From Mobula birostris (lineage: Eukaryota), in contig NC_092370.1 of assembly GCF_030028105.1 (NCBI RefSeq), positions 81,922,969-81,986,968 of the forward strand: a DNA stretch of 64,000 nt, given 5' to 3'. Shown piece after piece: positions 22,911-34,718 of the stretch. Every line of letters starts with the position of its first letter. The first letter of the stretch is position 1. A program made the translations under genes and the position numbers. The notes below the pieces were generated by a model. The model was not told the origin of the DNA. It searched no databases and was given only the letters and a program-made list of their open reading frames with translations.

Positions 22911-25425
22911 GTTATTCACAAATGGGCCAGCTCCTCATACTTAATGTTACTTGATTACTTTTAGGAAAAATGTTTGAGTTAAATTTAGAGGTGATTTATT
23001 TTCATTATCTTACACATAGTTCCCCCTCGGACTCCATTAAACGTAACTTGGGTGGCTGACAAATTATTGAATGTACTGAATTTAATTTCTATAAAATATT
23101 ATGAATATATATGTGTTGATATCCCAATTGGTGGTCCTGTTCTACAGTTGCCTGCTTCTGTATCCACATCTGCTTTCATAACATTATCCTGAACAGTAAT
23201 TGAAATTTGCAAGGGAAAAAATAATGAATTCTATAGTGTCTTTTGTACTGAATTAGGTTAATTCCCAATGAAATCTTGTTGTGCTGTGGAGAAGAGTGAG
23301 GATATGTAATCTTAACAATAGCATAGAATTCACAAGTTGATATAGGTACATCAATATTTGACAATGAAATTTAAAGATGATTTGAACATTAAGGGAGCAT
23401 ACATTTATGTTTGTCAGTAAATAATGCGTACATCACATTTATCAACTTAACCTGAAATGTAGCCTGTGAATAAAGCGGAACTTATAATATGTGCATGTTT
23501 ACTTTTTATCTGACATAGTTTTGCTGCTTTCTGTTAAAGCAATAATAAAGTACAAAATGTTTCATGTACTACTGAATTATCTCCTTGTTTTTTATTTAGA
23601 AAGGAAAATAGTGAACATGGACTATGCTCCTCAGTGTACAGTTTGCTATATACCACATTTTATAGTCATTCTGTTTTTATTTCATCAACTACTTGTGTCC
23701 AGAATTAAAGTTATGTTAAGTGCTTAGTGCTATAGGTCATTGTCTGCTGCTCTGATGTTTCACTGGCACTAACCATGAAATAAACTTAACAAGATCAGTG
23801 ACCAAGAAGTCTTTTAAATGGGAACCTGCAGCATGGAGCAGCATAAAAAGCAGCTTTAGTAATCTTTTGGTGTTCTCACTCACTGATAAAGTAAGGCAAC
23901 ATTAATTCCAGTTTATTATCATGTCAAAGGTCTGGACCTGTCACCTGCTTGATAAAGAACAGGCATAAAGGTACAGGCTACAGAGAGGCTCAAAGTTGTC
24001 AGTAACCACATGATTGGATTATACTGCTGATTTATGTTTGACTGCTGGAAGAATTCTTTGGTTACAGCCAAGTCTAATGTTAACACCTTTCTTATCACAT
24101 TCTTTTTGAGTTCAGTTTTCACTTCTTCTATTTCCTGCATGAAAGGGCATGTCAAAAAAAAACTCCTTTGTCTTCTTCACCTATGAAGAACCACCCAGTA
24201 AGGGCCTAAAATGGCAGGGCATCAGAGCTAGGAGAATATTTTCTTGAAAGCAGTGGCAGACATTGGAGTCTGTGTGCTGTTTTATCATGCTGGGCTGAGT
24301 GGGAGGATTGACATACTAGATGACTCTTTATGGAAAGTGATCTTGTTACCCCCTACTGGGTCGGAGTCTATTGGGTTGACTGCCTCCCTGGGAGTGTTAA
24401 GAGTCTCTTTCCAGCATTTGTCACTGTGAATATGTTTATTTGTTCTATGTTGTCATTGGGTGGAGAAGTGCTGTGCATGATAGATATCTGGATCAATAAA
24501 AAGTTGTTTGTGTGATTGCTCGTATAATTAATTTAAATCCTTAGTTATTTAGCAAATTAGTGTTTCCAAGATATAGATTATTCTGAAGTAATCGGTAGGA
24601 TGATTGATTCAGTCAGGAGGAAATGTGGATAGACAAAACAGTTTCCGAATACTAATGATTGCTTGATAGCAGCATCTGTACGCATGCTAGCTCTTGTAAG
24701 CTAATTGCATGCTTATTCAGTTTTATACTCATACAACTTATTTAAGTAGTATAATCAATTTTCACAAATGACTGTACCAAACCCTGTCGTCAAATTGCCA
24801 AGCTGAAACTGTGATACTAATAGTTGAGAAATGTATAATGTGGAGCATTGTAGAAAAATGTGTGGCATCTCATACTTCATGCAAATGGGTTAAAGTTTCA
24901 AGAACACTGTGCTAAATAGAACATCAATTTGATCCTCAGAGTTCTATTTATGGGAAGGCCATAAAAGGAAATTTTGATTCACTGAGGAAGGCAATTTGGA
25001 ATATTGTGCCTTGTTGGTTCTAATTAATTTTGTGACATTCTACTTTCTACACTGTTCTTTAAATTCTTTTTCCAAAACTTGCTTTATTCTCTGTTGAAAA
25101 ATACTTTTGAACTCTCCAAACAGGCATTCCAGATAATCCTAATTTGCTATTTGCAACCAAAATAATCTCTTCATCTCTTCACTTTGTTCATTATCTTAAA
25201 TCTGTCTTCTCTGTTGAATGACACTCTTGCCAGTAGAAACAATTACCTCTTATTTACCTAACAGAACATCTCCTCATTGTGATTACTACTATTGAACTTT
25301 GATGAAATTACAGGATTTCCAAGTATCATGATCTGTTTTCTTCAAAGTTATGCTTTATTCATAACATTTGTAAACATATAATTTAAATACTCACAGTAGA
25401 AGACAGATCATGTTCATTCCTTTAT

Positions 25426-25700
25426 GGGGCGCCATGGTATAGTGGTTAGTGTGATGCGTCGGAGTTCAGAGTTCATCTCTGGCGTCCTCTAAAAGCAGGT
25501 TTATATGGTCTTTCCTGTGTGGGTTTTCTTTCGGTGCTCCTGTTTCTTCCCATGAGCCAAAGATGTACTGGTTAGTGGATTAATTGGTCACTGTAAATTG
25601 TCCTGTGATTAGGTTAGGGTTAAATCAGTGCATTGCTGGGCAGCATGGGTTAAAGGGCTAGAAGGGTCTTTTTTGCGCTGTATTTCTAAATAAACAAAAT
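25426..25700 (+). mobile_element. V-SINE (HE1-like tRNA-derived SINE)
   Basis: tRNA-like head (tggtatagtggttag; gttc), V-domain gtgtgggttttctttcggtgctcctgtttcttccca, CR1-like 3' end, A-rich tail. Confidence 0.85.
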
Positions 25701-26715
25701 ACAGTAAAAGGTGTACTAGGGTGTCTCATTGCATTTATTTTGCAATGTTATCTTTACATCTGTGCGACACAAGTCACCTCCTTTGGATGCATTCCCCAAA
25801 AGAAAATTTGAAGAGATTTTCGCATTCACAGGTTTCAGCCTTCAGTAGGAAATGATAAGAGGGCCATAAACTGTGGCCACACATCTGCTAAACTAAGTCT
25901 TTCCCAAGCACGTGGTACCGGACCTTTGCTGCTGCCAATCTGGGGCACTTGGTAGATACCTCTTTGCAAAGGAAGAGCAGTAAATTTTGAGCAGATGGAA
26001 ATCATGGTTTTGCAGTAGCAGATGATGTATATTTCACTGTGAGCTCCTGGGAACAGCCTGTTGGGTTGAGGATCTTGTGTGAATTTACTGAAGATCAACT
26101 TTATTAAAGACTAATGCTTCACTTTCAAAATGAGGAGATGAATGGTGATTTCATCCCTACTGCAACCGTATCAAGCGCAGTATGTCATAGCGTTTTGACC
26201 TTAATTGTCCGATGCCTTGGTGCTTGTTTGAATGTTCTGGTGATGAGACATCATGCCAAGTACTTAAAATAGTCTTCCAGGGGAACAATCCAAATTAATT
26301 ACCTGTCTTCTTTTGCTGAAGTGCTTTAAGACTCTCTGCACTGTCCTAGAGTTGTATAGCGCAGAATTTGGTCTTTTACCCCACCACATCATTATCAGCC
26401 TTTTTGCTGTATTGATTGATGGTCAAAGACTTTTCTCACACAAACCTTTCTGGGTTTCATGCTCAATGTTGTGATGTAGCTGAGAATGCCAACAGACTAG
26501 GATTGTATATTGAATTAATAGCTACTCCATTTAGAATCTCTAGAAGTAGTGAAATATTTAGTGTAGTTTTGTAGGCAAATGCAGCAGTTACATTTTATAT
26601 ACAAAAATCAATCTCTGGGAGAGCTCCTGACTAGGAACAGAGTCAACTGTATTTTGAATAGTGCTATCCATTGGTGAGACAATGGGGATAAGTCAGCTGA
26701 GTGATAGTGATATCA

Positions 26716-27065
26716 AAATCAGAATCCAATCAGATCAGATTTATTATCACTGATTTACATGCCATGAAATTTGTTGTTCTGCATTAACAATACAGTGCAA
26801 AGAAATTAAATTACTGTAAGTTACAAAAATAAATAAATAGTGCAACAAAGGAATAATGAAGCAGTGTTCATGGATTCATGGATGCTTCAGAAACCTGATG
26901 GCAAAGTGGAAGAAGCTGTTTCTGAATTATTGATGCTGGTTCTTCAGGCTTCTAGACCTCCTCCCCAATTGTAGTAATGAGAAGAGGGCATGTTATGAAT
27001 GGTGAAATTCCTTAATGATGGGTGCTGTTTCATGAGGAAACACCTCTTGAAGATGTCCTCAGTGA
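26716..27065 (-). mobile_element. Rex1/Babar 3' fragment
   Basis: aatcagaatc...tttattatcactg tail and gaagaagctgtttctgaat match 19390-19777 in reverse complement. Confidence 0.85.
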
Positions 27066-27374
27066 TTGATGAGGATTAGTGGCAGTTCTCTGTATTTTAA
27101 TGATCCTGTACTTCTGTTATAACAACAAAATCATTAAGTGTTTTGAGGATAAAGTCTGTATATAGAATTAGATCACTTAATTATAATTATAATTATAACT
27201 ATAGTTCCTGAAGGTAATAACTAATGTTGGGTTGGTTGCATGTGTACAAGACAGCAGTTGTGAAAGTTTGAGAATAAGAGGAAGATCTGTATGTAATACC
27301 CTTTTACTATTTGCAGCTAATGAAGTACATTTGAAACGCAATCAAGGATTCATCAAACTTGTGCAAGGATTTTT

Positions 27375-27670
27375 TTTTTTAATTTCTTCATTCATGGGAT
27401 GTAGGCATTATTGGCTAGACTAATATTTATTGTTAAACTACCATCCAGTGTCTCTGGGGTCAAAATCACATGAATTGGGAAAGAAGGGCAGAATCCTTTT
27501 CTTGGAAAAGCATTAGTGCCAATAATATATTCAGGTAATTTTCCTGGTTGAAGTTACTGAAATAAGTTTTATCCCTGTTTGAATTTAAATTCCACAACTA
27601 CATTGCAGGATTTGTACTCGTGTTTGAACTTGTATTTCTCAATCAATAGTAAGGGTCTCCAGAGTCTAAT
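27375..27670 (-). mobile_element. Ancient SINE remnant (same family as 42568-42890)
   Basis: ttcattcatgggatgtaggcattattggctag, aagggcagaatcc, gaatttaaattccacaact, ggatttg. Confidence 0.6.
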
Positions 27671-27679
27671 CCACACATC

Positions 27680-28210
27680 AACCTCTGCAACTTCCGTCAT
27701 CTCCAAAGGGATCTTACCACTGAACATATCTTTACCTTTCCTCTCCTCCCACCCCGAATCACCCACTTTCTGCGGAATTGCTCCCACCATGATTCCCTTA
27801 TCCTTCCGTCACGTCCCACTAATCTTCCTCCCAGCACTTATCCCTGCAAGCAGCCTAAGTGGTACATGTGCCCGTTCACCTCCTACCTCACCTGCATTCA
27901 GGGCCCCAAACAGTCCTACACCTGCCTATCACCTTCTCCTAGATACACCCCTTTATTCCTTTCTCCTATGGTCCACTCTCCTCTCCTATCAGATTCCTTC
28001 CTCTTCAACTCTTTAACTTTCCTACCCACCTGGCTTCGCCTATGACCTTCTAGCTATTCTCCTTCCCCTGTGCCCACCTTTTTATTCTGTCATCTTCTTC
28101 CTGCCTTTCCAGTCCTGAAGAAGAGTCTTGGCCTGAAATGTTGACTGTTTATTTATTTCCATAGTTGCTGCCTAACTTGATGATTTCCTCCAGCATTTTG
28201 TGTGTGTTGT
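27680..28210 (+). mobile_element. Penelope-like (Neptune-type) fragment with internal deletion
   Basis: aacttccgtcatctccaaagggat = NFRHLQRD and the Cys-rich linker match 53780-54010. The GIY-YIG region is missing. Pyrimidine-rich UTR, hammerhead remnant, and terminus cagcattttgtgtgtgttg follow. Confidence 0.85.
28111..28146 (+). ncRNA. Minimal hammerhead ribozyme motif, partly decayed
   Basis: AGTC-CTGAAGA-AGA-gtcttgg-CCT-GAA-ATGT-T-GACT: core retained, one stem II mismatch, ACGT changed to ATGT. Confidence 0.7.
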
Positions 28211-28600
28211 CTAATGCAGCAGTTAAATCAGAATACCAATGAATCTAAACAACTATGTTTATGTATTACTGTTAGTAGGTAATAAGCAAACAGTTTTCTT
28301 CAAGATACAGCCATAAATCCTTTTGTATTTACTTGAGAGGGGTGTCATATTGATTACACCTTGTGAAGACTGGAGAACCAACCTTGACTTTGACTTTGAC
28401 TGTGACTGGTGTGTGATATGAGAATGCGAGCAACTGAACTAATTTTATAGTTCAGCTTAAGACAACTCATTATGTGATAAACCTGATAATTTGTTAGTGT
28501 TTTGTTCTCATCATCACTCAGATTGATGCCCAACTCCATCGAATCATTGACAACATTTTTTTTCAAATCCGAATAGTTTAGCATTTAATCCATTATTATT

Positions 28601-28907
28601 TAAAGGCATCCGTTAGTCTCGTGAGACCATGGATTTGTGCCTTGGAAGAATTTCCAGGGTGCAGGCCTGGGCAAGGTTGTATGGAAGACTGGCAGTTGCC
28701 CATGCTGCAAGTCTCCCCTCTCCACGCCACCGAGGTTGTCCAAGGGAAGGGCACTAGGGCTGATACAGCTTGGCACCGGTATTGTTGCAGAGCAATGTGT
28801 AGTTAAGTGTCTTGCTCAAGGACACAACATGCTGCCTCAGCTGAGGCTTGAACTAGCGACCTTCAGATCACTAGACTGATGCCTTAACCACTTGGCCACT
28901 CGCCAAC
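28601..28907 (-). mobile_element. tRNA-headed CORE-type SINE with RTE-like tail, full length, 14-bp TSD
   Basis: Minus strand: A box TGGCCAAGTGG, B box GTTCAAGCC, CORE-like TGTGTCCTTGAGCAAGACACTTAAC. TSD AATCCATTATTATT at 28587-28600 and 28908-28921. Confidence 0.9.
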
Positions 28908-28955
28908 AATCCATTATTATTAATGTTAATGAAAATAACATTCCTGATGAAGAAC

Positions 28956-28991
28956 CTTTCTGATGAAGAGTCTCAGCCAGAAGCATTGACT
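28956..28991 (+). ncRNA. Degenerate hammerhead motif (isolated PLE remnant)
   Basis: CTGATGA-AGA-gtctcag-CCA-GAA-GCAT-T-GACT, preceded by a partial duplicate ctgatgaaga at 28944. Confidence 0.55.
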
Positions 28992-29004
28992 GTAGTCTTT
29001 TAAA

Positions 29005-29240
29005 ATTTCTTTTTATTATTGAGATACAGCTTTGAGTATGTTGTCTGGCTCTTTTATCCTCGCTGCCCAGTAATTCCCCAATTTAATCCTAACCTAATTA
29101 TGGGACAGTTTACAACGACCATTTAACCTACCAACGGGTGTGTCTTTGGATTGTGGGAGGAAACTGGAGCACCTGGAGGAAACCCACACGGTCACGGGGA
29201 GAATATACAAACTTCCTACAGGTAGCGGCTGGAATTGAAA
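29005..29240 (-). mobile_element. V-SINE, head truncated
   Basis: tgtgggaggaaactggagcacctggaggaaacccacac is the reverse complement of the V-domain; matches 25426-25700. Confidence 0.85.
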
Positions 29241-30000
29241 ACAAGAGAAAACCTGCAGATGCTAGAAATATGAGCAAAACGCACAGAATGCTGGAGAAAC
29301 TCAACATCTATGGAAAAAAGTACAGTCGACATTTCCGGCCGAAACCTTTCGACAGAACTGGAGGAAAAAATTTGAGTAGATTTAAAAGGTGGGGGGAGGG
29401 AGAGAGAAACACCAGGTGATAGGTGAAACCTGAAGGGAGAGGGATGAAGTAAAGAGCTGGGAAGTTGATTGGTGAAAGAGACAGAAGGCCATGGAAGAAA
29501 GAAAAAGGGTGTGGAACACTAGAGAGGATACAATGGGTGGGCAAGAAGATGAGGTGAGAGAGGGAAAAGGGGATGGGAAAGTGCTCAAGTGTATCCTAAC
29601 CAGTATTTTGTAAAGTTGCAATGTAACATCTCAACAAGAGGATCAACACCTCATATTCCACTGTGGTGGCCTGCAGCCCAATGCTATGAACATTGAATTT
29701 CCGTATTTCAGGTAGCGAACTTCTCCAGTAATGCCACAGACCCATTGAATAATTGTTGACACCAAAATGATTGGTAGGACAATTTAAAGTAAACCCAACC
29801 ATTGAAAAAGATGAGAGACATGTACACATATTCCTTTCTTTCATCAATATAGAGTCCTAAAGTTGGAGTAGTGTGTGTGTGGTGGGTAGGTGGGTGGGAA
29901 ATAGCCCTGCTGAAGGGTCTGTTCCTAAAACGTGGACTGTACTCTTTTCCATAGATGCTACCTGGCCCACTGAGTTCCTCCAGCATTTTGAGTGTGATGC
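29240..30000. mobile_element. Penelope-like locus with inverted termini
   Basis: Minus-strand 3' UTR/terminus at 29240-29580 (hammerhead remnant 29324-29359). Plus-strand GIY-YIG C-terminus EDQHLIFHCGGLQPNAMNIEF at ~29636-29713. Plus-strand terminus at 29903-30000 (remnant 29903-29938). Confidence 0.8.
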
Positions 30001-30897
30001 TTTTTTTTTTACCATTTCGCTTCAGTTGTACTTGTGTTTATTTTATTGCATTTGTTGAAGTTCTAGTGATTGTTGTACATTCCTGTTGCTCTACATTGGA
30101 TTAGAAAGCAAGTAAACTATTGCCATAAATTCCACTTAAATATGACAGAAGATCTTTAATAAGTGTAATTGTCAAGCCCTTCTCAATTCGTTGAAACTCA
30201 TCTCAAAGGATCTTAATAACTTCTAATGAATAATCGCACAGTGAAAATAATAATGAACTAAATATGTGTTAACTGACACTATACCGAAGAAAACATTTTC
30301 ACGCAAAACTCTTGGGAGTACTCCTCGAAGGATTATGACTCTATGCTATTACCTTTGCTGATTTGATGTGTATGGATTAGTGGTGTTTTCACAATGTAAT
30401 TTTAGTAAGATTGATGATTATTGCTGGGATAATTTTTGTTAGTCTTGTGAGCTATTCTTTTCAAAAATGTCAGCACTCCTTGCACAAATTTAAACTTAAT
30501 TGGTAAAAAAAAATCCTTTGAAGATCCCAGCAGACCCACATAAGGTCTGAATGAGCTAGTAAAGAATAACTTGGCAACAGCTTAAACAGTTTGTTTCTTA
30601 AGTCTCCTTTAAATTGTAATTAGTTCAAGCTCAGAAAATAGTTCAAAATTCCTGACAATGGATTTAGAGTCTAGGTTTTATGGACAGAAAGAGGATAAAG
30701 CTTTTGCTGAATTAAGCCAAGGTTATTCAATACTGCTGAAACGTAGCCTTGCCTCTCTGCACTTTCTATCTATACTGCACCAAATTTTGCTTGCTCATTT
30801 GACTAAGTTATGGTTAATGGTCCTCTGTTTTAATTTTTTTTTGTTTTAACATTTTTTTGTGATCTTCTGTAACCTTCATCACACTTTTTCCTAAATA

Positions 30898-31620
30898 GTT
30901 CAAAGGTCCATTTATAATCAAAGTGTACAATTCTGAAATTCTTCTTCTCCAGGTAGTCACGAAACCAAGAAAGAAAAGAATGTAATCAACCCTCGTATCC
31001 CCCTCCCCCAGACAAAAAAAGAAAAAGATTGGGCGAAAAACACAATGTTAAAAAACGTTAAGACTGGAAAAATTCCATAGTCAGTTGTCCAAGTCCATAT
31101 TCATATCCAAAATGCAGAAAAGCCTGGGTAACATTCTCCAGGCATAGCGGCAAGCCACACAGGCTTCCCTCTCCGGTAGCAGTGATCTCAGCAGTGATCA
31201 AAAGGTGGGTCTCCCCTTTCCGGTAGCAGAGTGATCCCACCAGTCATCAGAAGGCAGGCAACCGGTGCTCACCTTTTGCATTCGCCACAATGTTTCAATT
31301 TCCCTCATCGCTTTAATTGATGATCAATGGAAGCTTTAATCAGCAAAATGGAGTTGAACATCGGCTCGTGCCCCATCCCGCAGTCTCCTCACCACAAGGC
31401 CCGTGTTTGCTGCCTGTACCTCCCGGTATCCTCTCGGAGACAGCAAAGCTCTGGATCAATCTCTAAACTGCAAATCACAGGCTCCAACAGTTCCAAAAAC
31501 AGATTCAAGACAAAAAATAGACATAAAAGATATAAAAGAAGCAAAATGAATAGTTTCCTGAGCTATCCAGAAGATGTCGACTGTGGAAATGTTGTATGAA
31601 GTGCCAGCTTAACCGGAACT
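30898..31620 (-). mobile_element. Non-autonomous retroelement with LINE-like 5' start and Rex1/Babar-type tail
   Basis: Minus strand starts AGTTCCGGTTAAGCTGGCAC (resembles the AAGATGGCG start of many LINEs) and ends in a ...cctttgaac tail. CpG-retaining non-coding body. Confidence 0.6.
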
Positions 31621-31714
31621 TAACTGGAAGAAAAAGCATTTCAGAATGTATATTGTATACATTTCTCTGACATTAAATTGTACCTTTGAAACCTTTGAAT
31701 ATGCTATTCCTATG

Positions 31715-32090
31715 GCACGTGCATGTAATGAGAGTGTCTTGGACCTCCAGGTGGTCCACAGTAGGGGTGATTGATAAGTTCATGGCCTAAGGTAGAAGGA
31801 GATGAGTTATACAGCTCTCGTTACATGCATTTGCAATTCAACTCTTTGAGTGAAAATGCAGAAAGTTTGAAGTTAATAACTCATCTCCTTCTACCTTGGG
31901 CTACGAACTTATCAATCACCCCTGCTGTGGACCACTTTCTGGAGGTCCAAGACGCCGACTTCCACAAAGAAGGAACCTAATGCTCCACGACCACTGGACT
32001 AAGTGTGTAAATGTAGGAAAAATAAATGTGCCAGGTTTTCTAAAATTGACTCCTTCTAGCTTAGGCCATGAACTTATCAATCACCCCTTG
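31715..32090 (+). mobile_element. Rearranged mariner-derived MITE-like element with three TIR copies
   Basis: TIR AGGGGTGATTGATAAGTTCATGGCCTAAGGTAGAAGGAG at 31763 (+), inverted copies at ~31885-31923 and 32050-32090, the last followed by TA. Mariner-like C-terminus remnant AVDHFLEVQDADFHKEG / LHDHWTKCVNVG. Confidence 0.8.
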
Positions 32091-32174
32091 TACTTCCAAT
32101 CTTCATATGTTAGCTTTTTTTTTTGACTAGGCAGGAGGTGAACAAACCAACAGGAGCCATAAATTTACTTGACA

Positions 32175-32490
32175 TTTTGAACTTCTATTCAATCATTGGA
32201 TGTGGAAAAGCTGGTTTTCCATTCCCTGCTGACCCCTGATCTGATGAGGAATTAGTCGGTCTAAAATCACATTCAGGACAAAGCCAGGTAATAATAGTCA
32301 AATTCCTCACTTCAATGACAGCAGATTTTACAGCAATGCAATAGGTTCACAATTGCCTTTATTTAAGTCAGGTTTTCATTACAGATCTTTGCAATTAACT
32401 TAACTTCTCCAGTTGCCACTGTGAGATTTTAACTTCTCTCCCTGGATCAGTGGTGCAGGTTTGTTATCCACTGCTACTTAATTGCTGTAC
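32175..32490 (-). mobile_element. Ancient SINE remnant
   Basis: tcattggatgtgg..., ccagttgccactgtgagatttt; weak reverse-complement match to 42568-42890. Confidence 0.45.
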
Positions 32491-34718
32491 ATCTTCAGGA
32501 TTGTATGTGTATGTGCATATGTCCATGGCATTTCTGCAAAATCTCATCTTCATACAAAGGACCTACCTCTGTCATGTTGTTTAGCAGTACCGTCATATTA
32601 AGTGGAATGAATTCAAAGCAAACTAAGCCAGGCATCCTTGTAGTGATGTGGCTCAGTATATCCCTCCATCCTATCCTTATCATTAAACAAGGATACCAAC
32701 CTATGCAGTGAGGCATGGAGAGTGATATACTGGGAATAGCTTTAGGTATTTCTAAACTGTGATGAAGCTTGCAAGATCGAATCATAGGAAGACATGTATG
32801 CTAATATGCAAAACCAGCCACAGTGCCAGAGTTGCTTAATCGCACAATAGTGAGGATCAGATTAGAATTCGGTGGTCAAAAGTATTCACCGCTTACCCAA
32901 GTGAGCACGCGAGTTTCCACCAAAACCAGGTTCAAACATTGTACAGGACAAAGCTGTCTGCTTGACTGGCATCCCACTCACCACCGAAGCCTAGTGCTCC
33001 CTCTACCACTGATAGCTTGCAACTACAGAACGTACAGTTCATCTTTTGATTCCCAATACCCGACTCATGTACAAGGCTGTACATACAAGTGCATTTGGGA
33101 GACTGGCAGTGTGCATTTGCTGGGTGGGATCAGGGTTGCAGGCATTTCTGTCACCTGCGAACTTAGTCTATAGCTGCATTTCCAACTTGTGGAATGTTTA
33201 GGGTATGAACGATTCACAAAAACAGACACCTGGGGCAACCTGTACAATCTGCAAGTATTCTTTGCCAAGGCTGCCTTAATCGTAAGCTCAGCAGTAATTG
33301 TGCACTACTGACACCTATGTTCAGTACGTTAATAAAAATAAGATCGGCTGTCAATGTTGACATTGTGATCTGATTAGATAGTATGTGCATGGGAAATAAG
33401 TTTGTTTCGACTTCTGGATTTGGATATGAACACAGAAGAGAAAACTTATGTCCTCATTGGATTTTGATACCTAGTCAACTAATTTGAAATTCTTCTAGCT
33501 CATAAACATTTCAGTCATCACAAAGAAATGTAACATATTACACCATAGAGTATTTGTCATCATGTTTAAAATTGATAGATTTCAGATGAAAAAATAAAAT
33601 AAGATGATGTATTTGGGTGCTTGAAGACCAGTTTAGATACTGGGCAGAGGGCTTGTTTCTGTGCATGACTTTATCACTATTACTTTACTATGAATGTAAC
33701 TTTTTGGGTTTAGAAATGTGGTGTTACATTGAGTATAATCCTTAAGAACTGTAAGGTATATATTGTTTAATTTCTTCAACTCTATTAACATAAATTTTGA
33801 GAAAAGTTGCCTATGGATTTGTGGTATAATTTGTGATTGGTTGTGCTTGTCAAGCTGAAGTGCTTACTGCAGTTTTAAAAGACTAATTTTACTGCTCCCT
33901 CACTCACTTAATGCTGTGGAAGTAAGGGATATGGGTATAACTCCTAGTTTACAAATAATGCTGCTTTTTTTTTTCCAAGAGCATTTGTTCGAGTCTTATT
34001 ATGGAATATAGCACTGTAAATGGCTCTTCATCACTCCAATGTTTTTCTGGTGTATCATTTATTAGTGGGACAATATCAGCAAATTTTAATTCACTCTGCT
34101 TCCACCCTCCAAAGCTCTTAACATCTGGGCAACTGCAGTGATTTTAGTTGTCTCACTGGAGACATAAAGAGTGATGCTATTAGGGCAGTTTGAATGTAAT
34201 TTCAACTATTAATATGCAAGTAATGGTAACTGTACAGAAGTCTGCATTCCTTCAACCTTTTTTTTTTCTGGAGTCTAAAGTCTGATTGTAAGTTTGGCTA
34301 ATGTTATACAGTATGTCCTGTCTGGTGTTCAATGTAAGTTAAATTTAATACTTGTTCATTGTACTGAATATGAAAAGCAGTCTAGGGACTAGATTTACAT
34401 ACCTCCCAATTTTCTGGTTGTGTTTCATGAAAAGCTTCTCTACCAATTTATGCAATTTAATAGACCATAGATTTTATTGATATTCTACCCTTGTTAACTC
34501 AAATTTGAATTTAATTGGTGAAACCTGCCCAACCCAGCAGAAAGACAAATGTAACTGCTCATAAAAAGATTCTATTCCAAAGTTCAATTTGTAAAGGGAT
34601 GGATAATTTGTTTCATCTCTGCTTATCACAGAAAATAAGCTTGACTTATGAGCAGGCTAGTGGACAAGAAAATAATTTAGAATTATATGTTTGAATTATT
34701 TTGCTTCCTAAGATTTAA

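Noticed and set aside
23919-24155. Minus-strand ORF EIEEVKTELKKNVIRK as a coiled-coil exon
   Set aside because: Short, weak donor, no recognisable homology, no partner exons.
24200-24520. Possible solo LTR (GC-richer, AATAAA near the end)
   Set aside because: No TG...CA termini or TSD found.
28835-28907. tRNA gene
   Set aside because: It is the head of a SINE bounded by a TSD; no complete cloverleaf or terminator.
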